DNA from: Chrysomallon squamiferum
Lineage: Eukaryota; Animalia; Mollusca
Assembly: GCA_012295275.1 (NCBI GenBank)
Contig: CM022669.1
Coordinates: forward strand, 2,852,001-2,916,000
DNA length: 64,000 bases
Reading direction: 5' to 3'
The position numbers and the translations under genes are program-made. Every line of letters begins with the position of its first letter. Within the stretch, counting starts at the first letter, position 1. The notes under the pieces are model-generated. The model saw only the letters and a list, made by a program, of their open reading frames with translations, was not told where the DNA came from and made no database searches. Shown piece after piece: positions 1-31,532 of the stretch.

Positions 1-470
1 ATCCACATTAAATGAAACTAACAGATATATCCACATTAAAAGAAAACTAACAGATATATCTACATTAAAGAAAACTAACAGATATATCCACATTAAAGGA
101 AACTAACAAATATATCCACATTAAATGAAACTAACAGATATATCCACATTAAAGAAAACTAACAGATATATCCACATTAAACGAAACTAACAGATATATC
201 CACATTAAAGGAAAATAACAAATATATCCACATTAAATGAAACTAACAGATATATCCACATTAAACGAAACTAACAGATATATCCACATTAAACGAAACT
301 AACAGATATATCCACATTAAAGGAAAATAACACGAACATATCCACATTAAATGAAATTATAATAAATATATCCTATTTAAATGAAACTAATAAAATAAAT
401 AAACATTAAAAGAAACTGACATGAAATATCCAATTACGTCAAACTGATATAAATATGTCTACATTAAATG
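1..470. repeat. Minisatellite, ~28-29 bp unit (ATCCACATTAAATGAAACTAACAGATAT), truncated by window start, decaying after ~330
   Basis: About 12 near-identical head-to-tail copies followed by progressively degenerate copies; no unique spacers. Confidence 0.95.
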
Positions 471-1513
471 ACACATGGACAAGCTTTGTCTAAGACCTGG
501 TTTTGAAGGAAATATTTTAAAAATTGATATTTTTGGTGATCAGGATTGAATTTGATCCCAGTTTATATCGATGCTTGTGATGCTGCTTACAAACTGTCAG
601 TGTTGCATGTAGAAGAATTAGATATAGAAATAATATAACATTTATTTAGGATAAAACCTTTACAAAGATTGTTTCCCTGAACAGTTTAAGGCTTCCAGAT
701 CAATTATACCACAATGTAGACTTTTATGCAGCTTATAAACCTCGAAAATATTATGACAGATCTATGCGTTAATTTTCAATGTCTGACGCAATAATTCTCA
801 CAACAAATTTAAGAGACAGAAAGAAGAAAAAAAAAATGATTTGTAACTCTTCATTATCAACTGTTGCAACAGTTCAGATAACAGATTTGAGAAAAACAAA
901 GTCAAATTTATAAGAATTCATTTTCATCTGTCTGTTGCAGCAATTGTGACGAGAGGGTTGAGAGAAACAAAGAGAGATTGTCTCTCTGTAAATTGGCCAT
1001 CGCGCTGAAAAATAAAGCCAATTAGCGTTCGCAAGATTTAAACGACTGTCCAAAGTAATTACGTAATAAATCCATTTGTTCCAAGTAAACAGTCAGTGAC
1101 TTCTAATGTTGATGTGTTAATTTGCGGAGAAAGCAACCCTATTTCAATAAAGCAAATTGATGTTTGAAAATCACTGGTCCATTCATAACTATATTTCCTC
1201 GCGTTACCCCTGTAAGCTATAAACCAGCTCCGCCTTGGATCGATGAAGTTTTGTGGGGAAAGTTGGGAAAAGATGGTTTAACTTCTTGCGTGCAGAGAGC
1301 GGCAGATCTTACAGGCAAAGACGTCGGATCGACCGTCGCTTCGCGTTTACTGTGATCTGTGACGACGTGCACCACTTCACTGAAGTATACGAAGTAAGGA
1401 TTTGAAAAATGTTGTTTAGAACTATCCAGTTTCTCAGTAATTCATCACTAACTTCTGTCTTCTGATTTGTGACTTACAAGACTTGAAAGAGACGTCAGAG
1501 AACGAGACTTAGG

Positions 1514-17605
<16,092 letters not shown>

Positions 17606-18601
17606 ACAAGATAATTAAAGGATGTTTTTGTAATAATATCTTTTGTATATAGGGACACAACAGAATATATATTTTACAAAAAAGATTGAAAAGCTAGTCC
17701 GATAAAATTTCAGAATGTTGGATATCGGTTAGAAATATCGACAAACTATATCGGTTTTGAATATTTTAATACTTGAACGCTTGAAACATTCACTAGTCTG
17801 ACTGATATAAAGTTTATGTGTTAATGAGACGTTGATAAACTGTTTGCAGTTTATTTATACTTTTACTGTAAGACTTGTACATGTGTAACATCTTAATTAC
17901 ATTTTGATATGTAAGCATATTTTGCATATGTTAATGTAGTTGAATTATTGTCTTGTATAACCTTATAACATTTGTATACTGTCATTATATTTTCAGTAAT
18001 TTAAAATAACTGTGTAGACGAGATATATAATATTTAAAAAGAATATATTTAATTAATTTATTTATTTATTTTAAATATTCATTCATTCATTAAGTCTTGT
18101 TTTGTATATTTACCACTTTTGTTGTTTATAGAGACACATCTTGATAATAGTGTTTTTTTCCGGAAGGAATCAGGGAAGTCATTTTCTTCATCGGATGAAT
18201 TTCTACGATTATAAAGAGAGTTTCATATACTAAAACAGTACTAAACATTTCTGTGTAGAGCCAGATAGTAGAACAGTTTGTAATATTCACTAAAATTTGG
18301 TTAGGCGAACTCGTTTTGTAGAACTCGTTTTGTTGTTGTCGTTTCTACATAGTTCCAATCGGTCACGACCGTTTGGCAGTTGAAAACGAAACACAAATAA
18401 CTGTTATGACTGTAGTTTCTAAAATATTGTCGAAAAATTATTTTAAGGTTCTAAAGTTGTTCAGGGCAATAATAAAACAGTAGTGGAAAATATACTCTGT
18501 CTGTAATAAATTCTATTTCTGTACTATATCTTGCTGTCATCATTCTGTTTCTATCTTTCTGTATATATATACACACACATACATACATGTCTGTCTGTCT
18601 G

Positions 18602-18746
<145 letters not shown>

Positions 18747-19726
18747 CATTGGCAAATGTACATAACCACAAACATTCTTAAATTTAGAATAATGAAAAAG
18801 ACAGATAATAGATGAGTACAGCATACAGTGACATATACATATGTATATATAACTGTATGATTATACATGTATTGTGTTGTCAAAATAAAGCTATATACCA
18901 GTATGAGATAGCATGTTGTCAATTATGGAAATTTTACATGTAAAAGACGCTGCGATGGATCCAGTATTTAACAACAATTATACCAGACCTTAACCTTAAC
19001 ATTCAAGATGAAATGAATGTGATATGTCAATAACGGAGATATCGATCAGGTGCAGTAATACACACATCACAGTGATCCAATAGCTTGAACTTGAAAATGA
19101 CCATTGAACGCTCCGACAAGGATTGATCACACAAACCACCCAGTCTCAGATCAGTCCTAGGACACCTACAGTATCGCTGTACCCTGTCTTCTGAAGTACA
19201 GGCCACTTTCAGATGATGTCGTTAATTAATAGATATCAGAAAACTAAAATAATGTCTTTCTGTCGCGGCTTGGTTTAGAAATCATTAATAATCGAGGAAA
19301 TTACATGTTAATGACGGAGCACAAACTGAAAACACCAAGTTAACACTACAAACAAAAACGTTGACGTGGACTAAACCAAGATGGTAAATTTCCCATTTGT
19401 ATTCATGAATTCATTTAAATGCTGTTGCTGTTTATCTTAGGTATAAATATGGTAGCTATTTGTCCGTCGAGTTAGGTTGGGATGTCGATCCGAGCTGGTG
19501 TCGCGGGATATTTGTATCATATTCATCTGATAATGGCCAATATATAGTTTTCTCTCTGATGCGTTTTATTTGTACATGAATTAATTTTCCATTTATTATT
19601 ATCACGTTTGTCTATCATATCTCTCTCTCTCACTGGCTGATTGCTTTATCTACTTCATATAACATACACGCCTAACTATGTTCTTTCCTATTTAGCTACC
19701 TATCTACATATCTGAGTATCTTAGTG

Positions 19727-19757
<31 letters not shown>

Positions 19758-19815
19758 GTCTGTCTGTCTGTCTGTCTGTCTCTATCTATCTATCTATCTG
19801 TCTATCTGTCTGTCC

Positions 19816-19846
<31 letters not shown>

Positions 19847-20299
19847 CCTTCCCCATCTCTATCTTTTCTTTTTCTCTTAATCTCTTCCATATATAAATAC
19901 ATATGCATATACGTATACGTATGTATGAATATGTGTGAATATGTGCTTAAGCATGTATTTACGTATATATATATTCACATATGCATGCATGCATACGTAA
20001 ATACGTGCTTAAGCACATACATACATACACACATAAATATATGTAAATACATACTTAAAAATGTATGGGTGAGGAATACACTTGTTTTACCTGTAACTGT
20101 TACTGGATTCTTTTTGTGAAAAACAGAAACTGGTCTGAAAAATTTAACTCTGGATAATAAAACACTTTGCGGCTTTTACAGGCGACGTTACAACACAAAA
20201 ATCAAATTATGTTTGTACTTACTGAACAATAATTGGCATATTTTTAGTTTAGTTTTGTTTATTATATATAAAAAATAACCTCTAAAAAATAAGAATTAA

Positions 20300-21137
20300 A
20301 AATAAACAAATAAACTATCTGTCACTATCTGTTAAAAAAAGCAGCAACAGCTACAAAATTCACAGAAAATCAACTATAAAAACTAAATAAAATACTAACA
20401 CCCCAAACAACAACAACAACAACAACAACATAAACCATTAAAACGACCAACCAACCAAGCAAAATAATACTCACCTCAAAAAAAAAGAAAGAAAAGAAAA
20501 CAACAAAAAAAACATGTTTACATCATACTTAATTACAAGTGCTAATTACAAAATTGTTACTATCATAAAACATGAAAAAAAAAAAAAAAAAAATTGAAAT
20601 AAGTTGATTTGATAGGCTGTTAAAAATAAATTCCTTTTTTTTTTTTTATTTTTTTTAACACCCATTTTCTAACGACGGAGGTAAACCAGTGTAATGTGGC
20701 TTAGACACGCAAAACAAACTCTTTATTTCTTGAAATCGATTAATTAATTCACTTTAGCTTCACACTCAAGATTCTAAAATGAACTGGCTAAAACATTTTA
20801 CTTCTGCTGCCTCTTGAAACAGTGACACGAAAGTGTGATCACTTGATTGCTTCGTCAAACTACTTAAATCCATTTAATTAATTCTCTGTACGAACGTGAA
20901 CATCTCAAAGTCATGTAAATAATGTATCTCTTGTCAGGCGACACTTAGTAAACAAATAAACTAACTGTATCGAATTAGTATACCTGAGATATTTTAGCCA
21001 TGTGATACATCCACTCATCTATTCATCCTTCAGTATATCTATCCATGTATGAGTCTTTATGTGCCTTCTGCTTTCAGTCTCTCTCTGTATGTATGTATGT
21101 ATGTATGTATGTATGTGTGTGTGTATCTATCTGTGTG

Positions 21138-21170
<33 letters not shown>

Positions 21171-21793
21171 ATTAGATCCACAGTTATATTTTAAATTCAG
21201 GTGTGAAATACTGAACTGGATGTAGCATGTTATATAAACACAGTAACCCTATTCTTCATGATTATATTTTGAAGAAACAGAATCTAAAAGTTATCATTAA
21301 ATACGTTTTAAAAATATAGAAAAAGCCAGTTCGAAAATTGCTGAAAAGACAAAATTATGGATTTGGATAATTTGTGTGCAATATAATATTTATTTGTTAG
21401 AAAACTCATTAGATACTAATATAATGTGTGACATTTAAACAGCATGTATCCATGAAAAAAAGAGAAAAAGAAATAAGTTGAAAAACGAAAACATTAACAA
21501 CAGCAAAACTGTCTATAAAAAGCTCCAAAAAAATAAACAAATAAACTGTCTATCATAAAAGCAAATTTAAAAAAAAGCAGTAACAGCTACAAAATTCACA
21601 AAAAAGCAACTGTAAAAACTAAATAAAAACCCAACACCCCAAACAACAACAACAACAGCAACAACAACAACAAAACCATTATAACGACCAACCAACCAAG
21701 CAAAAAAATATCAGCTCAGAAAAAACAACAAAAAACATGTTTACAACATACTTAATTACAAGTGCTAATTACAAAATTGTTACTATCATAAAA
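20300..21793 (+). repeat. Direct duplication of ~265 bp (20300-20570 and 21531-21793)
   Basis: Shared blocks such as AACAGCTACAAAATTCACA, ACGACCAACCAACCAAGCAAAA and CATACTTAATTACAAGTGCTAATTACAAAATTGTTACTATCATAAAA occur in the same order. Confidence 0.9.
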
Positions 21794-23309
21794 TATTTAA
21801 ATAAAAAATAAAAACCCCTAGAAAAAAACGAAAAAAAAAAAACGAAAAAAGAAACAAGAAAAAACTAAAAACTAAAAACGGCAGCTATCTCATTGGCTGT
21901 ATATTCGTGTACATTAAACATAATGTCTGTCTGAAGAAAAATCTAATTACACGAGGCAATTTTTTCTCGTTTCTTTCTCCTTATGTGAATTAGAACAATG
22001 AGCATGAGAACAGGTTAAAAGCAGTTTAACAGCTTGGCGAAATGTATGTGATCCGAATTTTCTTAACGAAAATTTAATTTCTCTTCTTAAATTCCGTGAA
22101 CGTCACTTCTAGAATCGGATTACAGTTTATTTGAACTAGTGCTTATCCGTTAGGTTCAAATTTCATTTTTAAAGCTTACTTTCCTCATATTATTATAATT
22201 TTTTTTTTTTTTTTTTAAATTCTTTATTTAATCTCCAGATTATGCTTATTGGAATGGGTGTATCCAGGATTTCTAACTATTCGGGAAGTAAACAAGACAT
22301 AAGTGAACCTAATTTGCATAAACAAAGGTCATGACCTGCACGTGTACTGCATTGTCACAAACAAACACTGGGTGGGAATGATGCCCCTCTCCCCTCCCCT
22401 CTCCCCCCTCAAAATATGCAGTGATTATTGAACTGTTCAACTGTTGAATAAATATCTAATTGTTATAAAGCTATTTCCCCTTCGTTTTTCTCAGATTATG
22501 TAAATTCTAAATAATATTTCAGAAAATAGGTTCAAAAATAGTTTAAGAGCATGGCGAAATGTCTTTGACCCGAATTACATTCATAAATTTATAATTTCCC
22601 GTATTAAATCAAGAAAATTCCATTTTTAAATAAGATTTCAATCATTTGCCCAGTCGTAATATCCACGAAACACTTTTGGTTTGTTTGGGTTTGTCATCTA
22701 GAAAGCTCGGTCCAATTTAATTGCACATATTGGAATCTAATAAAGGGTATCACGCTAAGCTGGAAAACACATCGCTTAAGTTGATCAGGACGAGAACATG
22801 CGGAACAGGAAATGAAACTGACTTACATGGATGTTTTCAGTGGACAATCAACCGACTGATCGGACCTGCACGACTCTCACTTCAGCTGGCAAACAGAATA
22901 CACTTTTGTGCAGGTTTATTCAAACAGTGACATGGCGCGCCGACATCGAAATGAAACCTTCGACTTACAAATTCATTTAAATCGTCTTAGTGTTAATATT
23001 AGTCTGTTTTAAGTAAAAAAAAAAAAAAAAGATTAAAAAAAAGCTCGTTCATTTCGAATTTTCGTTTATCAGACTGATTTTGTTTTCTTCATTTCTCGTT
23101 AATATTATTCTTGAATCGAGATTTAAGTATAATTTAAGTCTGAAAGACTTTATAATGGAGTATATAATATATAAAAGTTTATTCAGAAGATATTTTCAAT
23201 TTATAGAGTTGGACAAGAATGTTTCCACTTTTGTAAGAATATTCCTAGATTTACAAAACATTTTCTGGTTACTGAATACTTGATTAATTTTGTATTATAT
23301 TTAGAAATT

Positions 23310-23430
23310 AACGAACACCTAAAAGTGCATAGGGTTAATTATTATTAGGGGTCAATAACACAGTAAATATTTGCTCATGATACTTGAGACGTAACCAAGG
23401 GTATTTTATGTGCATCTCCCATGGATAATT
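23310..23430 (-). mobile_element. Degenerate SINE relic (3' part), reverse orientation
   Basis: CAAGGGTATTTTATGTGCATCTCCCATGGATA reads on the reverse strand as a GGGA.ATGCA.ATAAAA..CCCTTG core like the other copies. Confidence 0.45.
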
Positions 23431-23435
23431 ATCAG

Positions 23436-23506
<71 letters not shown>

Positions 23507-23693
23507 GCCTGTATGATTACACTCATATATATACACCAAAACAGAAAATAACTGAAAATACGCGTTAAGAAGAACTGGTTATAATCTGTATGTTAGAGCA
23601 AGTTTAACTATTTAATGCTAAAAATGTATTTTAGAATCTGTATCCATTAATGATGATTTAATCCTTCACAGATTATAAGCAGAGTATAGCACA

Positions 23694-23738
<45 letters not shown>

Positions 23739-24969
23739 ACACACACACACTCACACGCACACGCATACACACGCACACACAAAAAGGCGCGCGAGCAAAC
23801 GCCCACAAAGAAAAAAAAAAAAAAAAATTATGATAATAATAATGAATAATTCTGAGGCTAAAGTTTGTAAATAGAACAAAGAGAAGAAAATCATTTCATC
23901 TGCTTAACATGGAAGAAAAAAAAAATCATGAAATAAATACTCATTTGCATTTTTCTCATCAAAATAATTATTACGAGCTAGGTGGTGATGACATGTTAAT
24001 GACAACATATTCCCCGGACACCAAACACGATTACACAAAAGTGACCGAATCCTCCCCACTTCATTACGTCACAGTTGAAAGGATCTCAGACGCACGTAGT
24101 ACTCAGCTCATTTTAATTTCACGTCGCATGCTGATAATAATTATTTGTCACAAATCTAATAATAATAATTGTTATGTTAATGCGATATTTGTGTGTCTTC
24201 GTGTCTTAAGTTAGCGAATGACAGTAAGCTTTATAAATGGTTTTCTTAAACATTTAGACAGCGGAAGCTATTTTCAACTTAATAACCAGCTGAAAGTCTT
24301 GTTATTTTGTCAATTAAAGAAAGCCCCAATCACATTGAAAAGTAATGTCCACTGATGAAATGATTCAGTTTTAACTGACTTACTTGGTTATTTAATTTAT
24401 TTAATTAATTTATTTTATTTGTTTTACTCGCCTTTTTCCATTGCTAATTAACTTATACATTTTGTTATTTCTTTCATTATTTTTTAACGTTTAGTTCTTT
24501 GTTTAATCATTAATTTATTTATACTTTATTAAATTTATTTAAAAAATATTTATTCTTTCCTTCCTTTCTTAGTTCATTAATTCATTATTTCATCAATTTA
24601 TATTTTTAATTAATTCATTTATTCATTTATTTCGAATTTAACTATATTTATATATTTATTTTTTATCTCATGAATATTTATTTAATTGTTTTATGAGTTT
24701 ATTTATATTTAATGCAATGGTATAAAGACGTTGTGTGTATGTCGTTACCACTGATATAAAACAGAACATGCAATATTATTACGTGATTGAAACCTGTCGA
24801 TTTTTCGTAATTGATTATCATCCGACAGTGCCACTTTTCCAGCAGTCAAACTTCAAACGCTTTATTACGATCTGTCAGAAGCAATTTCACAATTCCTTGC
24901 TTACTACATTGATCTCTATCATGTGCAACACAAGTTATTTTGAAAAAATCGGAGTTATTTCTAGCTTTT

Positions 24970-24982
24970 CCGCCAGATGGCG
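24970..24982 (+). promoter_or_regulatory. CTCF-like motif CCGCCAGATGGCG between the two convergent genes
   Basis: Matches the bilaterian CTCF core CC(A/G)(C/G)(C/T)AG(A/G)(G/T)GGC(G/A); motif match only. Confidence 0.45.
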
Positions 24983-26339
24983 TGTCGCACGGAAGATCAT
25001 GGCAGACACGGCGGTAAGATAGCATGTTAAAGCGAGATTGATTGAAGTATTAAAATGAGACAGATTCTGATGAATTCTGCAGAATTTTGTTAATCCTTGC
25101 TCCGTATCAGGCGCTATTTTCTTAAGAAGAAGCTTTTACGTCGACAGAAATTAATATAAGGAAAAAACAAAGAATAATTGTTTTTGAAGAGGTATAAAGT
25201 TCTAAACAATGAAAAGGACAGTTAAAGGTTGGCACAAATTAAAAATCAAGCCTGTTGCCTTGGTAAACTGTGAAATCGTTTTCTTGCTGAGATTAAAAAG
25301 TGATTAATGAAAAGCGATGTCTCCGGGAAATGGCGTGTGAGGGTTTAAATGACGTATTCAGTTTAAATATATTATTAATCACCGTCACAAACCTTTTCAC
25401 ACCCAACTCTTAAATTCGTAATTTATTTCAAATTGTACCTTCAAGTTCTATATACAAAAAAAATATATAAAATAAAATCTTTAAAATCATTCTCGAATGG
25501 CGAGAAGTCACAGATCTAAATTAGAATTTTTAAAATATTCTGAACGACAAAATTACATTTTATTAAAAAGCATTTAGAAATCGAAGCCGAAAAATCAATG
25601 CTTGCCAGTTAAAGCAAAGGTTATCATATCACGTTTTTAGAGAAATAATACGATTTTAATAATCCTTCCGGAATCTGTGTGTTATATTATTTTTGTGTAA
25701 TATTTCTGCCTTGGAATACAAACACACACACTCAGAGAAAGAGAGACTGAAACCCATGCATACGAGGCACCACTAACTATTATTGTTATGATAATGATGA
25801 CAATGATGATGATGATGATGATGGTAATGACGCTGATTATTATTAATTAGTTAATCTTAGTTTTATCTTTGTGACAAAAACAGCTTAAAACATTTTGTAT
25901 CTCTCCTGGTTATTGTTATTTCCCTGTGAAGACAGAAGTTTGCTAATAATAAAGTATGACGATACAAAACATTTTCCTAGTGATTCATAGATTCTGCCAT
26001 TTTCCCGTTTTATCTTTGTGTACGTGTTACGTCATGTCTTACATAAACAAATCTGATAGACTGGTAGATAGTGCAACTTTGACAGTGATTTACAAACCGA
26101 CGATAAAATAAAACATGTACTAGTGAATTCATCATTCACAAACGTGCTACATAAACATGCCGACTCATTTATTTTTATTCTCTGTAAAATATAGGCTCAC
26201 GAACGTACACGAAACAAAAGGTAAAAAAACGAAAAAAAAAGAAAAGGTTTGACTACATAGATTGTCATGGACTGATGATCCTGTTACCATATTTTTATTT
26301 TTAGAAATATCCGTTTACAGATTGTTAATGCTCAGCTCT

Positions 26340-26500
26340 GAAGTATATCAGTGTGTTTTATACTGTTTATGATCAGGTGTCATTGAAAGAACTCTTGCAG
26401 CTAATCAAGAAGAAAAAAATAAAGAAGAAAAAAAGAAGGTTGACATCTGTGTAGCGGTCGCGGGTTTCCTTTCTTATTAGTAAGACTGTGAATCGTTTTA
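26340..26500 (+). mobile_element. Degenerate SINE relic
   Basis: ..AAAGAACTCTTGCAGCTAATC..GTAGCGGTCGCGGGTTTCCT.. resembles the 7800-7820 and 10100-10150 copies. Confidence 0.4.
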
Positions 26501-28859
26501 GTTCATATACTTTAAATAGGGACTGATTTCGAACAATACAATTCAGGCCTACTTATAGATTACATTTCCTGGAATTTTATATAACAAAATAAATATTTTC
26601 TCCTGTTTTCTCATATATTTGTTTTCTAAAATTCTGCTCGATAAATTCAACGTTTTAAAATATTTTTTCTTCATTCATTTGTTTATGTTTTTGTTTTTTT
26701 TATTATTTAGTTTTGAGTAACATTTCTTCCACAACAAAATATAATATATACCTTACACGTAGAGTAATAATAATAATAGTTATTTTTGAACTGATCTGAA
26801 ACATTCCTCTTTAAATACGTAAATAAATTTTTACAACATTTCAATTCAGATTCTATGATCAAGGAATGCTAAAAAAAAAAAAAAAATAATAATAATAAAA
26901 AAAAATTCTGCCTCACCGTTTTTGTATTTTCACAACAAAAATTCTTTCCCACCAAACGAGCGAGCGATGGGGGATCTTAAACGCATGTTTGATAAAAGCG
27001 GATTGGTTAGCAAAGAACAAAAACACGTTCTGCACGATCGTGTGTGCAGTTTGATAAATAAGTACTCTTTTACGTGTTTGTTTTACAAACACAGCCCCAT
27101 TGCAAGACTGTATCAATATCTGAATGAAAATATTTTTGTTTTCAATCATCGGTACTGCTGGTGCCATTTCGGTAGATTACGATACTGCATCAGTCCTTGA
27201 GGCAGTCGGTGAAAAATGTTCTTCGTGCCAAATTGTGCATTGCAGCTCTCTGTAGTAGCTATAGGATACAGATAACTAAATGTACACATAAATCGTGAAG
27301 TTTAAAAAAAATATAAGGAAACAAAACATCTGGGGTTTTTTAATCATGAAGCTGGCTTCTTACACCTAGTTGTGCGAAGGAAAAGTTGGCTGTTCTGTTT
27401 TCTTGTTATTGAATTTTTGAACAGCATGTAATGTTTTAAAATAATTATAATCGTAAAAATATTAAAAATTTTTTGTGTGAGTGTTTCATGCAAACTTAAC
27501 AAAATAACAACGGCAACAACAACAACATAACAAATAATAAATAAATAAATAAAACAAAAGAACTAAACAAATCTACGCTTTACGCAATAAAATAAAATGT
27601 ACAAAAATGTAAAAAATGTAAAATGTAAATTGGTAAAAAAAAGAAGAAAAAAAGAGACAGTATGTGAGAAATAACATTATAAAAACTGTGATATTAAATT
27701 AATAATGCATAAAATGGCAGTGTTTTTATTTTTTTTCATAAACTTTGTAAAATTTTGTCTTTGAAGTTTGAAAACATTATCAAACGGCTTGTATTTATTG
27801 CTAGATAAAAAGAGGCGGCTTAAATAACAGCTCCAGACACAGTCGAATAAACGTGAAGTTCACGGATACAAAGATAACATTAATTTGTTGTTTTATCTCT
27901 AAGAATTAACAGACAGCTTTACAGTTTGTCAGAGGTCATTTAAGACAATACGTTCTTATCTCTGTGTTTTCAGTTCAAACATTTGGGCTATTCTTTGTAC
28001 ACAGAAAATATACCAAGGGGTTGTATCTAAAACATAATTAATTCTAAACTGTAAGATAACGCATTTTGTAAGCACGTCTAAAAATAGCGACTGCTTGTTT
28101 GCTGCTACTACTACTGCTGCTGCTACTACTGCTCCCAGTACAACAACAATTATTTTTACTACTATTGTTATTTTTATGCCAAAACTTTTATTATCTCTAC
28201 AATTACATCACTAACAACAGTAAAACCAAAATAATTTCATCTGCTGCAGCTCCTAATGCAAAAGAACGACCTCTTCTCCTTTTGTTTGCTTTTTCGGCAC
28301 TTACTGCTAACCTGGTCGTCACTTCTACCTCAACAACAACAATAAATACTTTGTGCAACGTTAATACGTAAAAAATAACAATAATACAGCAATAAAACGT
28401 AAATAAAATGAGGTAAAAATTCTTGTAGTTATTTGGAACACCCACCACCCTCATCCTCCAGAAAATAAACCTAATTTAAAAAACAAAAAAAGAGAAATGT
28501 CGGTACAAGCATTAACGAAGTGCTGACATGGTCCCTGAAACCGACGGAGAGACCAACCTGTCTATCAGCAGTCCAGATAGCTCCTGCCTCTCTCAGCTGT
28601 AAATCACTCGCAAAACTCGCAGCAAGGGCTATGTGGTCTGTCTGCGTGAATCTTCGCTTATCTGACACCGCAACAGTTTACAGTCTGTTGAAACAAAAAG
28701 AAACCAAAATCAACATTATTAACACGGTTTAGAAAACCTCGCGAAAGAGAAAAGAGAAACTAGGCTTGACTGTTTGTGATATAAATTACAAGTGCCACAT
28801 ACACATCCAATATATCACGTTTAAGTTAAACACGTTTACAGACACTTTGATAATCACTT

Positions 28860-28946
<87 letters not shown>

Positions 28947-30023
28947 GCTCTATCAATCTAATTTCTTTATTATTATTCTTTTGTTACTGTTATTGTTGCT
29001 GCTGTTGTTGTTTTGGTTTTAAGTTTGTTTGAAACACATATAAACAAATTTAATATTATGTCGCTTGATTTTTTTTGTCTCAAGCTCAAGAGTGCTTTTC
29101 ATTTCTCTTATTTCGTCATCATAATACATATAATAATTAATCAACGAATAATGACAGCAGACATGAAAAATGCATATACTGTTTATTGTCTGTTGGGTAC
29201 TGAGAAAATATTTATAAAATCAATATAAACGTTAAATAAATATTTCCTACTGATATTTTTTCACATACAGTAGAAACGGAGATCTCCATTTGACAGTTTC
29301 AATGTTTTATTGCTTATCTGACAACTTCTGCCGATTATTTTTATTTCTAGTTGAGGTCTTTTAATCTACTGAGTGATTTACACATAAAAACATTCACTAT
29401 TATTTTACATTACGAAGACGACAAAGTAAACATGGACTGTATTATGTACACTCGAGCTGATTTCCGTGTTAAGTCAGTTAATAAAACAACTGTTCAGACT
29501 CACGTCATTATCAGGACCTTCAGCCGGACATAACCGAATTTACCGATGGGACATCACACCAGGTTAAGTATTGTTCTGAGTGACCAGTACAGCAGTGGAC
29601 ATTAATCATATTTCACTTATTGATTATTCATTTCAGTGTTTGGTTGGCCCTCTGTAATCAACAATACACATCAACTGTCAAATATTTCACAATTCGCAAA
29701 GGACCTGTGTCTTCGGATTAGTCATGTGCATCAATCGTAACCTATCACATTAGACTGTAACGCTCATTAAAGTTGCACGAGTTCGCGCTGGGAAAACGTG
29801 CTGGGGGAATCGACAGGGGAAATTCACACACTTTTATCTACGTTAGTCGCGCTTTCGTCTTAGGAACATGTGTCAAGTAAATAAATATGTCGTCATAATT
29901 TCTTTTCTTCTGGTTTACGTTTAAAAGGCAAACATTCCTGTTGAGAAAATACTTAAACAAAATGAAAACACGACAATGCTTTTATGTATTTTTAAATACT
30001 ATTACTATTACTACTACAGCTAT

Positions 30024-30070
<47 letters not shown>

Positions 30071-30827
30071 TTATCAATATACTTTACTAAACTACTAATT
30101 ATATTCAAATGTGTTATTTTCTTTCATTCTTTCTCTCAAACAACTACGTACACAAAATATAATAGTAAACAAAACCCAAACAAATAAAACAAGTAAAATC
30201 AAAACTCAAAGTGCCTTCACTGATATTGATTAACAATATTTTTCTCAATTCAGTCCAATATAAAATAATCTTAAACTTCGTAAAATTTTGCATGTTTCCC
30301 TCCCTACTTTCTTTCCTTTCTTTCTATCGAGCGATTCATTTTTTCATTCTGTCCCTCTTTCTGTCTGTCCTTCTCTCTATCATTATCTTCCTTTCCCAGA
30401 GAATTTTACTTCAGTACCAAAAGATGCTGATCATATTTCAGACTGTAAAAGAGTATTGTCCAGACTATCCCCATGTCCGTTCATTACTCAGGTGCGCCAG
30501 TGAAAGAGAGGAACTGCTCTTTTCTTTGTAGATGTTTTGAATTACAAACGCTGCAGCACATAGCTGCTTGCGCGAATTTCAGCGAGTATTTGCACTAATC
30601 ATCTTACAAAGAATGCAGTGAATTCTAACTATAAACATATGTTTCTTTACGGATTTAGAAACTGCACATAAAGGATTTACCTGTCCGTGCATTCGAGCAA
30701 TAAAAAGAGCAATATTTCATACAGGTAATTTCATACAGAAAAAAGAGAATCCAACGAAATACCTGTTAAAATCATTAAGAGAAAAATAATCACGCATAAG
30801 CTGTCCGTTTGTCTTTCTCTACACACT

Positions 30828-30910
<83 letters not shown>

Positions 30911-31470
30911 GCACATACACGTACGCGCACACAATTGTAATAACAAGAAGGAAAAAACCCACAAAAACAACACAGCCACGTGTGAGTGCAGAAGCCGTGA
31001 ACCAAGAAGCCACGTAATGCAGTGTTTTAAGATTCGGCGATGTCATCATACAAAAATAAATGGGTCAGGAGGCCTACTTATCATTACACAACTTTAAAGA
31101 TAGCATTAGCTTCTGAAATACTATAACGCACTGATTTCATAAGAGAAATAAGTTCATATTCAGGCGCGGAGAAATACCATTAAATGAACCGCGATACCCT
31201 TTTGCTTTTTTGTGTAAATGCCATCACATAATGGAGAAAGCATACCATTAATTAAACGTAATTAGTGTTATATTACGATGTGGAAATGTTATTTGATCAT
31301 ACAGTGTTAATAATATTATATTAGCATATCCCAGTATTACTTTAAATATGTGTTGGCGACTTCTCATAACATGTTTAATAAATATATACTTAGAATCTGT
31401 CACAAAGACAGTATTAACGTAAGTCAGAAAGCATTTTCCAGTTGTTGTCTTATTCACATATGCTATAAGC

Positions 31471-31532
<62 letters not shown>

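Noticed and set aside
1-470. 28-29 bp repeats as a CRISPR array
   Set aside because: Head-to-tail units with no unique spacers, no cas genes, and a spliceosomal-intron eukaryotic context.
22808-22958. Two GAAATGAAAC IRF/ISRE-like motifs
   Set aside because: Short A-rich motifs are expected by chance in this AT-rich sequence and no nearby TSS is evident.
26913-27200. Overlapping 84/92-aa ORFs in unique intergenic sequence
   Set aside because: No recognisable domain or supporting splice structure; more likely regulatory sequence.
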